This document shows positions 1 to 11,823 of a stretch of 64,000 nucleotides of DNA, one piece after another. The notes beneath the pieces were generated by a model. That model was not told the DNA's origin. It was given only the letters and a program-made list of their open reading frames with translations, and made no database searches. The stretch covers positions 226 to 64,225 of the forward strand of contig CASDRB010000010.1 in NCBI GenBank assembly GCA_949283025.1, written 5' to 3'. Position 1 is the stretch's first letter. Every line of letters begins with the position of its first letter. The position numbers and the translations under genes were made by a program. Source of the DNA: an uncultured bacterium (GTDB lineage Bacteria > Bacillota_I > Bacilli_A > RFN20 > CAG-826).

Positions 1-1209
1 CTTGTTTGAAATCAAATCAAGATAGCGACCATTATCTAACTCAATATTTCTTTTGATTCCATTAAAATTAAATATTCCATAAACAGGTTTTCCATCAACA
101 TCATCAAATTTAAACATCATCGTATTATCGTCTTTTTCTAAATATTCAAAGTTTTGATATTTTAAGAAAGCATCGCCTTTTTTAATATGAATTAATTTTT
201 TGACAAAATCATAAAAGTCTTTATCTATTAATTCTTTTTTAATAGGATCTTTTTCAAATAACTCTGGCTTATGTTTGTCTTTATATTCTTGACCAGCATA
301 TATGAATGCTGTTCCTTTATTTAATATCATATAAGCGGTTACATTATTTAAAACAATACCATCAACTTTTGAAGCTAGACGATCTTGATCGTGATTATCT
401 AGCGAGGTAGATTTGTTATAGTTTTTTGGCATTATTTCTTCTTGTTTGGATAAAGCTTCGTAATATGGTTTTAATGTGTTTACTTTTTTTAATAAATAAT
501 CGTTAATTTGATCAAAAGTATTATAACAATAAGACATATCAAATACTTCTGGCAATTGATATTCTTCAACGCCTTCAAACCCTAATGATTTATTCCATTT
601 TAAAAAGTCTGGATGAACTGATTCTGCTAAAAATATTGGCTTTTCACCAAGTTTTTCTCTAGCGCGTTTGAAAAATGATAAAGGAATTATTGAAGCGACG
701 TCAAATCTAAATCCATCTACTCCAATATCTAACCAATACTTTAATACTGAAATTAAATAATCCTGAACTTCTATTTTTGAAGTATCTAAATCGATGACGT
801 CAGACCAATCGCCACATCGATTTCCTAAATGGCCATTTTTATAATAATAGTATTCTGGATGTTTAGTTAAAATGACATTATCTGGAGATGTATGATTAAA
901 CACCATATCAATGATAATTTGCATTCCCATTTCATGCGTTTTTTTAATCAATGATTTAAATTCATCTAGTGTACCTAAATCATCAGAGATTGAAAAATAA
1001 TCTTTAATTGCGTATGGGCTTCCCCAACTACCTTTTCTTGCTTTGACTCCAATTGGATGAATTGGTGTTAAATAAATAATATCAATCCCTAAATCTTTGA
1101 TGCGATCTAAGTCGTTTTCAACTGTGATAAATCTTCCTTGCTTTGAATAATTTCTTACAAAAATTTGATAAATTGTCTTTTGATTTAAATCATATTTTAT
1201 ATCCATAGT
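1..1209 (-). CDS. Glycoside hydrolase family 13 (alpha-amylase / alpha-glucosidase-like) enzyme, C-terminus cut by the window edge
   Basis: My own translation of the minus strand from the ATG at 1209 (RBS AGGAG upstream) gives MDIKYDLNQKTIYQIFVRNYS... with the GH13 signature regions DMVFNH and GFRFDVA; the reading frame is open to position 1. It is not in the supplied ORF track. Confidence 0.65.
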
Positions 1210-1338
1210 TTTTGTCTCCTGATTTGATTATAGCTTAATAAGAAAAATAAAAAACAAAAATTTAAAAATTTTTTTAAAAGCTAAACATGTTTAATTTACA
1301 AACCAATTTATTATGCTATAATGCCAACGAGGAAATAT

Positions 1339-1914
1339 ATGAAATTAGTCGTCGGTTTAGGCAATCCAGGAAAAAAATATGAAAAGACTCGTCACAATAT
1401 GGGCTTTATGGTTGTTGATGAGTTTTGCGACATCGCTCAAATTGATTGCGATAAAGAAGTTTTCAATGGTTTGATGGGTCGCGCTAAATTGTTTGACGAC
1501 GACATAATCTTTTTTAAGCCGACAACTTATATGAATCTAAGCGGCAACGCCGTAATTCAAGTCGTCAATTATTTTAAAATTGCGCTTGAAGACATCATTG
1601 TTATTTATGATGATATGGCAATTAAACCAGGTAACATTCGTTTAAGAGTAGGAGGTTCTTCTGGCGGTCAAAAAGGGATGCAAGACATTATTGATAAGTT
1701 GCATAGTCAAGATATCAAACGCATCCGTATCGGCATAGGCGAACCGACATATCACGACGTGGTCGATTATGTTTTATCAAAACCAGTCGATGAAGAAAAA
1801 ACTGCAATCGAAAATGCAATTCATAAAGCTGTACTAGCTTTAAAAGAAGCATTAAAATCCTCGTTTAATAAAGCGATGTCGTTGTATAATTGCAACACTG
1901 ATGAATCTATTTGA
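1339..1914 (+). CDS. pth: Peptidyl-tRNA hydrolase
   Basis: MKLVVGLGNPG...HNMGF motif. GAGGA RBS lies 8 nt upstream of the ATG at 1339 (the track ORF starts at 1321). A TTTACA-N17-TATAAT promoter lies upstream. The TGA stop overlaps the mfd start. Confidence 0.9.
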   Translation: MKLVVGLGNPGKKYEKTRHNMGFMVVDEFCDIAQIDCDKEVFNGLMGRAKLFDDDIIFFKPTTYMNLSGNAVIQVVNYFKIALEDIIVIYDDMAIKPGNIRLRVGGSSGGQKGMQDIIDKLHSQDIKRIRIGIGEPTYHDVVDYVLSKPVDEEKTAIENAIHKAVLALKEALKSSFNKAMSLYNCNTDESI

Positions 1915-4900
1915 GTTATTAAAAACCAATCGATTAACCCCCCTCCTTGAAAGTCAAGGTGGGCGTTTTGTCGTGGATGAAATACTTGGAAGCGCTTTTT
2001 TAATTGCGGCTTCTTATAAAAATAAAAAACAAAAATTTTTCATTTTAGTTTCTAATTTATATAAAGCACAGCAACTATATTCGGTATTATCTAGTTTTGT
2101 TGATCAAGATAAAATTGTCTTATTTCCAAATGATGAATTAATTAGAGCGGAAGCTGTCGCTGAAAACAATGAATTATCGGCTCAAAGAGTTTATGCTTTA
2201 TCGATGATTTTAAAAGGTGATGTCGATATTATTATTTCTAATGTTGTTGCTTCAATAAGATTTTTACCTAATAAACAAGTTTTTCAGGATTCGTTTTTTA
2301 CTTTAAAAATAGGTGATAAATTAAATATTAAGACCTTAAAAAACCGTTTAGTGGAAAATGGGTATAGATTAGTAAATAAAATTGACCAGTCCTTACAATT
2401 TGCTGTTCGAGGGGATATTATTGACATTTTTTCAATCAACTTAAATAATCCTGTAAGAATCGAATTATTTGATGACGAAATTGAATCGATACGATATTTT
2501 GATATCGCTAATCAAACTTCTTATCAAAAAATCGACCAAGTGGAAATTTTGCCTGCTTCAGATTTAATTTTAGATCAAAATGATATCAAAAAAGGAATCA
2601 ATAAATTGGAGTCAAAATTAAGCCAAGAAATTGAAAATCTTGATCTAGAATCTCAGCAACGATTAACTGATAAAATTAAAGAGATATGTGGCCAATTGTT
2701 AGAAAATAATTTTTCACATGCTTTATATAAATACTATAGTATCTTGTGTTCAAATTGTTGTTCTATTTTTGATTATGTTAACCAATATCATAAAATCGTT
2801 ATTGATTCAGAAAGCGTTAAAAATGAAAATTCATTATTGATGTTTGAATCTGGCGAATATTTGTTTGATTTATATGAAAATCATGAATGTTTATCCGGTT
2901 TAAATTTATATTATGATTTAAATCGTTTGATAAATTTAGAAAAGTTTACTCGCTTTGAAAGTTTTAAAAAAGATTTAAATGATGAAGAATATCATCTATA
3001 TCCTTTAACTTTGTCAATATCTAAACCTGACGATATTTTAAATATTATTCATTCGTATTTAAATCAAGACTATAAAATTTTAGTTTTTTTAAATACTAAT
3101 GAACATATCAATGCATTGGAAGAATTATTAATTAAAGATAATTTACCATTTGAAAAGTTTAAGGGTTTTGAATTGCCTTTAAAAAGTAAAATCGCAATCG
3201 ATTTTGCCTATTTAAACAATGGTTGCGAATTTAAAGATGAAAAAGTGGTCATTTTAACTTCTAAAGAATTATTTAATAGTAAAATTCATTCGTATCGATA
3301 TTCTTCTAAATATAAAGAAGGCACCATTTTAAGATCTTATGAAGATTTAAATCCTGGCGATTATGTAGTTCATGAATACCAAGGCATCGGTAGGTTTGAT
3401 GAACTGGTGACCTTAGAAGTGGACGGAATGCATCGCGATTTTTTAAAAATAACTTACGCAAAAGATGAAATATTATATGTTCCTTTATCTCAATTTCAAT
3501 TAGTAAGAAAATATGTTGGAAAAGAAGGCGCTAGTCCTAAGTTAACTAAACTTCATTCTTCTGATTGGGAAAAGACCAAACAAAAGATAAAAGAAAAAGT
3601 TAATGATTTAGCTAATCGATTGTATTTACTTTACAAAGCTAGAAGCCAAATTAAAGGTTTTGGTTTTAATGCAGACGATGAATTTCAAGCCCAATTTGAA
3701 TCTGAATGCCCGTTTGAATTAACTAACGACCAGGTCAAATCTTTAAATGACATCAAAAAGGACATGGAATCTCCCTATCCTATGGATAGACTATTATGTG
3801 GAGACGTTGGTTTTGGAAAAACAGAAGTAGCCTTTAGAGCTGCCTTTAAAGCTATCAATTCTGGCAAGCAAGTAGCAATATTATGCCCAACAACTATACT
3901 TGCAAGACAACATTATGAAAGAGCGTTGCAACGCTTTGCTTCATTTGATATTAAAATAGCGTTATTTTCTCGTTTAGTTCCAATAAAAAAACAAAATGAA
4001 TATATTGAAGATATTTTGCTTGGGAAGATTCATTTAGTCATCGGGACCCATCGCCTTTTATCAAAAGATATTGTCTTTGACAATTTGGGGTTACTAATTG
4101 TTGATGAAGAGCAAAGATTTGGAGTGGAGCAAAAAGAAAGACTTAAAGAGTTAAAATCAAATGTTGATGTTTTAACTTTATCAGCCACTCCAATTCCTAG
4201 AACGTTACAAATTTCATTAGTAGGAATGAGAAGTCTGTCGTTAATTAATACTGCTCCAAGCAATAGAATGCCAGTTCAAACCTATGTCATTCCTTATAAA
4301 GAAGGAGTTATTAAAGAATTAATTGAAAGAGAATTATCTAGGAACGGACAAGTTTTTTATTTACACAATCGCGTATCTTCTTTATATGGTGTAGCAGCTC
4401 GCATTCAAAAACAAATTCCTCATGCGGTTGTCGGGGTAGCTCATGGGCAAATGGAAAAAGAGGCTATCGAAGATGTGATGATGCGATTTTATGCTAATGA
4501 AATTAATGTTTTAGTATGCACATCAATTATTGAAAACGGGATAGATGTGCCTAATGCTAATATGATTATTGTTGAAAATGCAGATATGTATGGTTTGTCA
4601 CAACTTTATCAAATCAAAGGACGTGTTGGTAGATCAAATCGCATTGCATATGCCTATTTGCTTTATAACGAAAATAAAATTTTAAATGAAACTGCTAGTA
4701 AGCGCTTAAAAGCTATCAAAGAGTTTACTGCATTAGGAAGTGGATATAAAATTGCCCAACGCGATTTGATGATACGTGGGGCAGGAGATATTTTAGGTCC
4801 TGATCAAGCCGGGTTTATTGATTCCATTGGATTAGATATGTACATCAAATTGTTAAATGAGGCGGTCAAAGATAAATTAGATGGAGGCCAATTAGAAAAC

Positions 4901-5377
4901 GAGGCAAACAAAAAAGAAGATATCGTTTCTGAACTGGATATTGATGCTTACATACCTGCAAATTACGCTACACAAAGCGATAAGATTGAATTATATCAAA
5001 GCATTCAAAATTGTCATGATTTTGAGATGTTGGCAAATTTAAAAATAAAAACAAGAGATATTTATGGCAAATTGCCTACGCCTGTTGAGTATTTATTTAT
5101 TAAACAAGAAGTGGATATTTTAATTAAAGATAGCCAAGTTGAAAATGTACAAGTTTACTCGACATATATTGAAATTATTTTAGGTGATTTATTTTTAAAC
5201 ATAAAAGGTATTGGCAATATCTTATTTGAAGCGATGATTCCATTCATATCTTTTTGCAAAATAACTTATTTAAATCGTATTTTTAAGATTCATGCAAATA
5301 AAAGAAAAACATGGCTAAATGATTTAAAAGAAATGCTTTTAGTCTTAAAAAATATTCAAGATGGTGTTAAAAAATAA
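1901..5377 (+). CDS. mfd: Transcription-repair coupling factor
   Basis: 1158 aa with a UvrB-interaction-like N-terminus, a DEAD/DEAH helicase core (GDVGFGKTEVA, DEEQRFG) and a TRCF C-terminal domain. Conserved position after pth. Confidence 0.9.
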   Translation: MNLFELLKTNRLTPLLESQGGRFVVDEILGSAFLIAASYKNKKQKFFILVSNLYKAQQLYSVLSSFVDQDKIVLFPNDELIRAEAVAENNELSAQRVYALSMILKGDVDIIISNVVASIRFLPNKQVFQDSFFTLKIGDKLNIKTLKNRLVENGYRLVNKIDQSLQFAVRGDIIDIFSINLNNPVRIELFDDEIESIRYFDIANQTSYQKIDQVEILPASDLILDQNDIKKGINKLESKLSQEIENLDLESQQRLTDKIKEICGQLLENNFSHALYKYYSILCSNCCSIFDYVNQYHKIVIDSESVKNENSLLMFESGEYLFDLYENHECLSGLNLYYDLNRLINLEKFTRFESFKKDLNDEEYHLYPLTLSISKPDDILNIIHSYLNQDYKILVFLNTNEHINALEELLIKDNLPFEKFKGFELPLKSKIAIDFAYLNNGCEFKDEKVVILTSKELFNSKIHSYRYSSKYKEGTILRSYEDLNPGDYVVHEYQGIGRFDELVTLEVDGMHRDFLKITYAKDEILYVPLSQFQLVRKYVGKEGASPKLTKLHSSDWEKTKQKIKEKVNDLANRLYLLYKARSQIKGFGFNADDEFQAQFESECPFELTNDQVKSLNDIKKDMESPYPMDRLLCGDVGFGKTEVAFRAAFKAINSGKQVAILCPTTILARQHYERALQRFASFDIKIALFSRLVPIKKQNEYIEDILLGKIHLVIGTHRLLSKDIVFDNLGLLIVDEEQRFGVEQKERLKELKSNVDVLTLSATPIPRTLQISLVGMRSLSLINTAPSNRMPVQTYVIPYKEGVIKELIERELSRNGQVFYLHNRVSSLYGVAARIQKQIPHAVVGVAHGQMEKEAIEDVMMRFYANEINVLVCTSIIENGIDVPNANMIIVENADMYGLSQLYQIKGRVGRSNRIAYAYLLYNENKILNETASKRLKAIKEFTALGSGYKIAQRDLMIRGAGDILGPDQAGFIDSIGLDMYIKLLNEAVKDKLDGGQLENEANKKEDIVSELDIDAYIPANYATQSDKIELYQSIQNCHDFEMLANLKIKTRDIYGKLPTPVEYLFIKQEVDILIKDSQVENVQVYSTYIEIILGDLFLNIKGIGNILFEAMIPFISFCKITYLNRIFKIHANKRKTWLNDLKEMLLVLKNIQDGVKK

Positions 5378-5379
5378 TT

Positions 5380-5643
5380 ATGGTTAGAATTGATCGATTT
5401 TTATCTGCGTGCAAAATCTATAAAAAAAGAAGTTTAGCAAAAAAAGCACTTGACGACGGACTGGTAGAAGTTAATTATAAAAAAGCTAAACCATCAACCA
5501 TTATTAAAAACGGTGATGACATCCGTCTATATTTGGGTTTAAATATAATCGTTATTAAAGCAATCATTGAAAAGCATGAAAATAAATATTATGTTAGTTA
5601 TCAATTAGTTTTTTCTCAAAATCAAAGTGTGCCATTATGTTGA
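5380..5643 (+). CDS. rqcP: S4-domain RNA-binding protein (YabO/RqcP-like)
   Basis: 87 aa with the pattern R-IDRFL...KRSLAKKAL..G.V.VN..KAKPS..IK.GD typical of the S4 fold. Its position after mfd and before tilS matches B. subtilis yabO. Confidence 0.55.
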   Translation: MVRIDRFLSACKIYKKRSLAKKALDDGLVEVNYKKAKPSTIIKNGDDIRLYLGLNIIVIKAIIEKHENKYYVSYQLVFSQNQSVPLC

Positions 5644-6851
5644 AATTAGACAAATCAAAAAAATATTTACTCGCTTGTTCTTTTGGACCAGATTCCATGG
5701 CTCTTTTTGATATGTTAAAAAAACAAGGATATCGTTTTATGGTTGGCCACGTCAATTATGGAGCGAGACAAGAAGCTGCTCAAGAGACGATGGATTTGAA
5801 TGATTATTGTGGCTTAAATGATGTCGAAATTGAAATTTTTTATTGCAAAATCCCTATAAATAGTACGAATTTTGAAGCAAGAGCTAGAGAAATTAGATAC
5901 GAATTTTTCAAAAAAATATATGATCAATATCATTTGGATGGATTAATTGTGGGTCATCAGCAAGATGATTTTATTGAAACATATTATTTGCAAAGAAAAC
6001 GCGGCGGGTTTGTAGAGAGATATGGAATAATGCCTTTTACAAAATTATACGGGATGAATGTGTATAGACCTTTATTAGATTATTCTAAACAATCACTTTT
6101 AGATTATTGCCAACAATATAAAGTTCCTTATGCGATTGATCAATCAAATTTTAGCCAAGATTTTTCAAGAAATATTGTCAGGGCTAATATCGTTTCAAAA
6201 ATGAGTAAACAGGAACGTGAGCAAACTATTTTAGAAATTAAGCAACTCAATGAAGAAATCGATGATATCTATCAAAAAATATTGAGCAAGGATATTAATT
6301 GCGTCAAAGATTTGTTGCTGTTAAATGATGAAGAACTTCAAAGAGCTTTAGTTTTAAAAGCTAGAAAAATAGAAGATGGGGCGTTTGTTTCTTCTTCTTT
6401 ATGCCAAGAAATTAAAAAAATATTACAATCAGATAAACCAAATGTATCATTTAAAATACATAAAGGATTGATTTTTGTTAAAGAATATGAGTGGTGCGAT
6501 TTTATTAACGAACATCGCGACGTGGTTTTCAATTTTATAATTGATAGACCTAAGGTAATGGAAACATCGTATTTTTATCTTGATTTTAGGTCGGATACCA
6601 AACAGCAAAACATCACTCTTGAAGATTATCCTTTGACCATTAGAAGTCCAAAAAATGATGATGAAATCACTATTTCAAATTATACGGTCGAATTAAGAAG
6701 ATTGTTTATTGATTGGAAAATGCCTGCATCGTTAAGAAAACGTTGGCCGGTCATATTAAACAAAGATGGCAAAATTATCTATGTACCTAGATATCGCAAA
6801 AATTTTAAAATAATAGAAGGGCTTAACTTTTATGTTAAGACGGATAAATAA
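5637..6851 (+). CDS. tilS: tRNA(Ile)-lysidine synthetase
   Basis: N-terminal PP-loop ATPase region (LLACSFGPDSMAL) and TilS-like length. Synteny tilS-ftsH. Confidence 0.7.
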   Translation: MLKLDKSKKYLLACSFGPDSMALFDMLKKQGYRFMVGHVNYGARQEAAQETMDLNDYCGLNDVEIEIFYCKIPINSTNFEARAREIRYEFFKKIYDQYHLDGLIVGHQQDDFIETYYLQRKRGGFVERYGIMPFTKLYGMNVYRPLLDYSKQSLLDYCQQYKVPYAIDQSNFSQDFSRNIVRANIVSKMSKQEREQTILEIKQLNEEIDDIYQKILSKDINCVKDLLLLNDEELQRALVLKARKIEDGAFVSSSLCQEIKKILQSDKPNVSFKIHKGLIFVKEYEWCDFINEHRDVVFNFIIDRPKVMETSYFYLDFRSDTKQQNITLEDYPLTIRSPKNDDEITISNYTVELRRLFIDWKMPASLRKRWPVILNKDGKIIYVPRYRKNFKIIEGLNFYVKTDK

Positions 6852-6997
6852 TATTTGTTAAGATTAACTATGTTAATCGGCTATTTAAAAACGCTTTTTG
6901 ATTGAATTAAATACCATTTTTTATATAATTATCTCATTGCAATATTTTATAATTAATAAATATTGTAATCGTCTTAAAAGGCGGAAAGGAGGATTAC

Positions 6998-9043
6998 ATG
7001 GCAGATAATCCGCAAAAAAAGAAAAGTTCATGGGGGTTCTTACTCTCATTTATTGTCGTTATATCAATTTTAAGTATTTTAATTTGGTTTTTATTTTTTG
7101 GAACATCTCGTTCGGTGACATTATCAAGAGATGAATATGTAAATATTGCAATGAATGATCGCGTTACCGAAGTAGTGATAACCGATTATAACAATTCCAC
7201 TATTGAAATTGAGGGTACTTATAAAACATACGAACCATCAAATGCTAATGGCGGGAAAAATCAAAACTTCAAGATGACCCTTCTTTCTGAGCAATGGTTT
7301 GCTCAATATGATTATGTTTATATTTTAGATGGTGATTCCACTCAAACAGAAATCAATATTGGACCGACTTCTTTAGACTTAATAACTAATGAACATGTTG
7401 CCAAAATCTCATACACCAATCCATATATTCAAACATTTTGGGATGCGTGGGGTCCAACTATCATTCTTGGTGTTGTATCAATCGTTATTGTTATTATCTT
7501 GTTTTCAGTATTTTCTAAAAGTGTGGGTGGTGCTAATAGCAAAGCGTTGGAATTCAATCGCTCGCGGGCAAGAAGAGAAAATGCATCAAAAGTTAGATTT
7601 TCTGATGTAGCTGGTGCCGATGAAGAAAAATTGGAAATGCAAGAATTGGTCGCTTATTTAAAAGAACCAAAAAAATTCTCTAAATTTGGCGCTAAATTAC
7701 CTAAAGGCGTTTTATTGGTGGGGCCACCAGGATGTGGAAAAACATTATTAGCTAAAGCTGTGGCCGGCGAAGCTGGCGTACCATTTTATTCAATTTCTGG
7801 TTCTGACTTTGTTGAGATGTTTGTCGGTGTCGGTGCTGGACGTGTTAGAGATATGTTTAAAGTGGCAAAAGAAAATGCTCCGTGCTTAATTTTTATTGAT
7901 GAAATTGATGCTGTTGGTCGTCAAAGAGGAGCTGGATTAGGCGGCGGAAACGACGAAAGAGAACAAACATTAAACCAATTATTAGTGGAAATGGATGGGT
8001 TCTCTGATAATTCTGGAATAATTGTCATCGCAGCAACTAATAGAGACGATGTATTGGATCCGGCTTTATTGCGTGCTGGACGTTTTGATAGACGTATTAC
8101 CGTGTCTTTGCCAGATCGACAAGGCCGCGCTGATATTTTAAAAGTTCATGCTAGAAACAAACATTTAGCACCAGATGTAGATTTTGATGCTCTTGCCAAA
8201 AGAACAGTTGGTTTTAGTGGAGCTGATTTAGAAAATGTCTTAAATGAGGCTGCGATTTTAGCTGTGCGTCGAAACGAAGAATATATTACTGTTGATGATA
8301 TTGATGAAGCAATTGATCGTCGTATTTCTGGTCCTGCTAAATCTTCTCGTTCTTTAAACGCTCATGAAAGAAAAGCAATCGCTTATCATGAAGCTGGACA
8401 TGCTGTTATCGGATTATTTTTACCTCATTCAGATAAAGTACAAAAAATTACCATTATTCCTCGTGGAAACACTGGAGGTCATGTATTAATGACTCCTGAA
8501 GACGATCGATTCTTGTTAACTAAAAAAGAATTAGAAGCGCGAATTGTTGGATATTTAGGTGGAAGAACTTCAGAAGAAATATTCTTTGATGATATTTCAA
8601 CTGGCGCTCAAAATGATATTGAAGTTGCAACAAGAATAGCGCGTATGATGGTCACAGAATTGGGTATGTCTAAATTAGGGCCAATTCAATATGAACGTGA
8701 TACTGGAAGCGTCTTCCTTGGAAGAGATTACACTTCAAGTCAAAGAAATTTCTCTTCGCAAGTTGCGGTTGAAATTGATAAAGAAATTCGTAACATCATT
8801 GAAAACGCCCATTCTAAAGCACGTGAGATTTTAGAAAAACATCGAGATGATGTTATCTTGATTGCTGAGACGTTGCTTGATAAAGAAACTATTACTGCTG
8901 AAGAAATTGACATCTTATTAAAAGATCGCAAGTTGCCTTCAAAAGTAAAACCGGTTGTCGAAAATCAAGAGCAACCAGCTGCGAAAACTAATGAAGATGT
9001 TAAGCAGCCGGAAACTGATGAACAACCAAAAGTTGAAAAATAA
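6998..9043 (+). CDS. ftsH: ATP-dependent zinc metalloprotease FtsH
   Basis: Two N-terminal TM segments, AAA+ Walker [12 protein letters not shown] region, and the HEAGH zinc-binding motif. Confidence 0.95.
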   Translation: MADNPQKKKSSWGFLLSFIVVISILSILIWFLFFGTSRSVTLSRDEYVNIAMNDRVTEVVITDYNNSTIEIEGTYKTYEPSNANGGKNQNFKMTLLSEQWFAQYDYVYILDGDSTQTEINIGPTSLDLITNEHVAKISYTNPYIQTFWDAWGPTIILGVVSIVIVIILFSVFSKSVGGANSKALEFNRSRARRENASKVRFSDVAGADEEKLEMQELVAYLKEPKKFSKFGAKLPKGVLLVGPPGCGKTLLAKAVAGEAGVPFYSISGSDFVEMFVGVGAGRVRDMFKVAKENAPCLIFIDEIDAVGRQRGAGLGGGNDEREQTLNQLLVEMDGFSDNSGIIVIAATNRDDVLDPALLRAGRFDRRITVSLPDRQGRADILKVHARNKHLAPDVDFDALAKRTVGFSGADLENVLNEAAILAVRRNEEYITVDDIDEAIDRRISGPAKSSRSLNAHERKAIAYHEAGHAVIGLFLPHSDKVQKITIIPRGNTGGHVLMTPEDDRFLLTKKELEARIVGYLGGRTSEEIFFDDISTGAQNDIEVATRIARMMVTELGMSKLGPIQYERDTGSVFLGRDYTSSQRNFSSQVAVEIDKEIRNIIENAHSKAREILEKHRDDVILIAETLLDKETITAEEIDILLKDRKLPSKVKPVVENQEQPAAKTNEDVKQPETDEQPKVEK

Positions 9044-9093
9044 ATTATTTAAGGAAGGCTCGTCCTTCCTTTTTTAAAAGGACAACAAAGACA

Positions 9094-10071
9094 ATGTGGA
9101 AATTTGCAAACATAGAAGTCAAAAACAAAGTTGTGCTTGCTCCAATGGCGGGTGTGACTTTTTATTCATATCGAAAATTTATGTCCCAATTTAATGTTGG
9201 TTTGTTTTATTCGGAAATGGTTTCTGATTGTGGATTAATTTATGAAAATAAAATGACATTATCATATTTAAAAACCGATGTTAACGAGCATCCTTTCGGC
9301 GTTCAATTATTTGGAAATAATGCAGATACGATTATTAAAGCAATTGAGATAGTTAAACAAAGCGGATGTCAGTGCGATTTTATCGATATTAATTTAGGAT
9401 GCCCCGTTGATAAAGTAACCAAAGCAGGTTCAGGATCTGCTTTGTTAAAAGATGTAAAATACTTAAAAGATATGATGGAAAAAATCTGTCATGCCAGTCC
9501 TTGGCCAATCACCGCTAAAATTCGTTTAGGAATTGATGAAAAACACATTAATTTTTTCGAGGTTATCAATGCATTGCAAGATGCTGGTGTGTCAATGATT
9601 GCTTTACATGTTAGAACTAAAAAACAATTGTATTCAGGGAAGGCAGATTATAGCATCATCAAAGATCTTGGTCAAAAGATGAAAGTACCCTTAATTGTAA
9701 GTGGTGACATCTATACTTTAGATGATGCCATACACGCTATTGAAACTAGTAAAGCTAGCGCCGTAATGATTGCAAGAGGAGGAATCGGCAATCCGACGCT
9801 ATGCCGTCAAATAGATAGATTTTATCAAGATGGAACTAGATTAAAAGATGCAACGTTAGATGAACAAAAGCAATATTGCTTGCAATTGGCTAAAATGATG
9901 TGTGATGACAAAGGCGAAGAGGTGGCAATGCGTATATTTAGAAGTATTGGACCGCGTTTTTTTGCAGGATTTAATAATTCCAAACAATTGCGGGTGGCAA
10001 TTGCTAGTAAAATTACAACTTATCAAGAACTTGTCGAATTGTTAAAAAATTATCAAGAACTAACAATTTAG
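9094..10071 (+). CDS. dusB: tRNA-dihydrouridine synthase (DusB/NifR3 family)
   Basis: LAPMAGVT FMN-binding N-terminus and a TIM-barrel Dus-like sequence. Located after ftsH. Confidence 0.8.
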   Translation: MWKFANIEVKNKVVLAPMAGVTFYSYRKFMSQFNVGLFYSEMVSDCGLIYENKMTLSYLKTDVNEHPFGVQLFGNNADTIIKAIEIVKQSGCQCDFIDINLGCPVDKVTKAGSGSALLKDVKYLKDMMEKICHASPWPITAKIRLGIDEKHINFFEVINALQDAGVSMIALHVRTKKQLYSGKADYSIIKDLGQKMKVPLIVSGDIYTLDDAIHAIETSKASAVMIARGGIGNPTLCRQIDRFYQDGTRLKDATLDEQKQYCLQLAKMMCDDKGEEVAMRIFRSIGPRFFAGFNNSKQLRVAIASKITTYQELVELLKNYQELTI

Positions 10072-10127
10072 ATATTATTTTCAAATTAATTAGTTATAAT
10101 TAAATAGTTAACGCAAAGGAGAAAATT

Positions 10128-11621
10128 ATGGACGAAAATCAAATCTTAAACGATCAAGAGTTAGCAAGAAGAGCAAAATTAGAAAAATATGAACAAAATG
10201 GAGTTGATCCATTTGGACATTCATTTAAAGTGAGCCATCATGCTGAAGATATTAAAAAATTATGTGCCAAAAAAACTCCTCTAGGTATTAAACGCATGCA
10301 TTTAAAAGTAGCTATTGCTGGCCGAATTATGGCAATTAGACGCATGGGCAAAGCCTCGTTTATCAACATTCAAGACAAGACAGGAAAAATGCAATGTTAC
10401 ATTGGAATTAACGATGTTGGCGTTAAGACATATGATGTTTTTAAACTCGCCGACATTGGCGATATTGTCGGTATTAATGGTGAAGTAATGACGACTAGAA
10501 CAGGCGAAATTACAGTTAAAACCTTAAAATTTACGCATTTAAGTAAGTCGCTAAAACCGCTTCCAGAAAAATTCCATGGTTTAACGGATGTCGAGGAAAG
10601 ATATCGTCATCGCTATGTTGATTTAATTATGAATGAAGACGCTAAAAATGTTGCGTTTATGAGACCTAAAATTATCCGTTGTATTCAAAATTTCTTAGAC
10701 AATCAAGGGTATGTTGAAGTCGAAACATCAGTATTATCTCCTATCTTAGGTGGAGCAAATGCTCGACCATTTGTTACACATCATAATACTTTAGATAAAG
10801 ATTTTTATTTACGTATTGCTACTGAATTACCATTGAAAAAATTACTCGTTGGCGGCATGGAAAGAGTATATGAGATAGGTCGTTTATTTAGAAACGAGGG
10901 TATGGACACAACTCATAATCCAGAATTCACCACTATTGAACTTTATGAAGCTTACGGCGATTTGCAATCAATGAGGCACATTGCTGAAAAAATGATTAGA
11001 AACATTGCTAAACGCGTTCGTGGCACAACCAAGATTGAATATAAAGGCAATACCATTGATTATGGCAAACCATTTAGATGGGTATCAATGGTGGATTTAA
11101 TTAAGGAAAAAACTGGTATTGATTTTTCTAAACAAATGAGTTATGAAGAAGCAAAAGCCTTAGCGGACCAACATCACATTAAATTAGATAAATTCAAAAA
11201 TAGTTTTGGCTATATCGTCAATGAATTTTTTGAAACATATTGTGAAGAAACACTCATTCAACCAACTTTTGTTTATTCTTATCCCATTGAAGTTTCTCCG
11301 TTGACAAAAAAAGGAAAAGATCCAAGATTTACCGAAAGATTTGAATTATTTGTCAATGGCAAAGAACTTGCAAATGCGTATACAGAATTAAATAACCCCA
11401 TCGATCAAAAAGAAAGATTTATCGCTCAATTAAAAGCTAAAGAATTGGGCGATGACGAAGCAAATGAGATGGATTATGACTTCTTAAATGCTTTAGAATA
11501 CGGCATGCCTCCAGCAGGCGGCATGGGAATTGGTATTGATCGCTTAGTCATGCTAATAACTGGTCAAGATTCTATTCGAGAAGTAATTTTATTCCCGACG
11601 ATGAGAGACAATAAAAAATAA
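10128..11621 (+). CDS. lysS: Lysyl-tRNA synthetase (class II)
   Basis: N-terminal OB anticodon-binding domain, class II motifs (FRNEG, GGMGIGIDRL), 497 aa. Confidence 0.9.
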   Translation: MDENQILNDQELARRAKLEKYEQNGVDPFGHSFKVSHHAEDIKKLCAKKTPLGIKRMHLKVAIAGRIMAIRRMGKASFINIQDKTGKMQCYIGINDVGVKTYDVFKLADIGDIVGINGEVMTTRTGEITVKTLKFTHLSKSLKPLPEKFHGLTDVEERYRHRYVDLIMNEDAKNVAFMRPKIIRCIQNFLDNQGYVEVETSVLSPILGGANARPFVTHHNTLDKDFYLRIATELPLKKLLVGGMERVYEIGRLFRNEGMDTTHNPEFTTIELYEAYGDLQSMRHIAEKMIRNIAKRVRGTTKIEYKGNTIDYGKPFRWVSMVDLIKEKTGIDFSKQMSYEEAKALADQHHIKLDKFKNSFGYIVNEFFETYCEETLIQPTFVYSYPIEVSPLTKKGKDPRFTERFELFVNGKELANAYTELNNPIDQKERFIAQLKAKELGDDEANEMDYDFLNALEYGMPPAGGMGIGIDRLVMLITGQDSIREVILFPTMRDNKK

Positions 11622-11628
11622 TGATAAC

Positions 11629-11655
11629 ACCTCTAGAAATAGAGGTTTTCTTTTC
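11629..11655 (+). terminator. Rho-independent terminator after lysS
   Basis: ACCTCTA-GAAA-TAGAGGT hairpin (7-bp stem, GNRA loop) followed by TTTCTTTTC. Confidence 0.6.
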
Positions 11656-11823
11656 GACTTTTTTGCTTTTTAAAACCTATAAATATTGTAAGGAAACGAG
11701 AAAAATTTCAACTTTACTAATGATATATACTTATGTATAATACATTATGCGTGTATATCAACACGTTTACTCTCTGCTATTATATATTTGATAATAGCCA
11801 GAAGACCAAAGGGAGGTGTACGG

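Noticed and set aside
4030-4263. Antisense ORFs inside long genes. Examples: 4030-4263 in mfd, 6338-6532 in tilS, 8740-8931 in ftsH, 13799-14236 in gdpP, 35038-35313 and 35837-36100 in the LRR gene, 55528-57453 in ligA, 59692-60447 in gatB
   Set aside because: They are short, lack RBSs, and are fully embedded in well-supported conserved genes on the other strand or in another frame. These are typical chance ORFs in low-GC DNA.
10072-10127. T-box leaders upstream of lysS and asnS
   Set aside because: The upstream intergenic regions are only about 50 nt and lack a T-box motif (AATTAGGGTGGNACCGCG) or specifier-loop structure.
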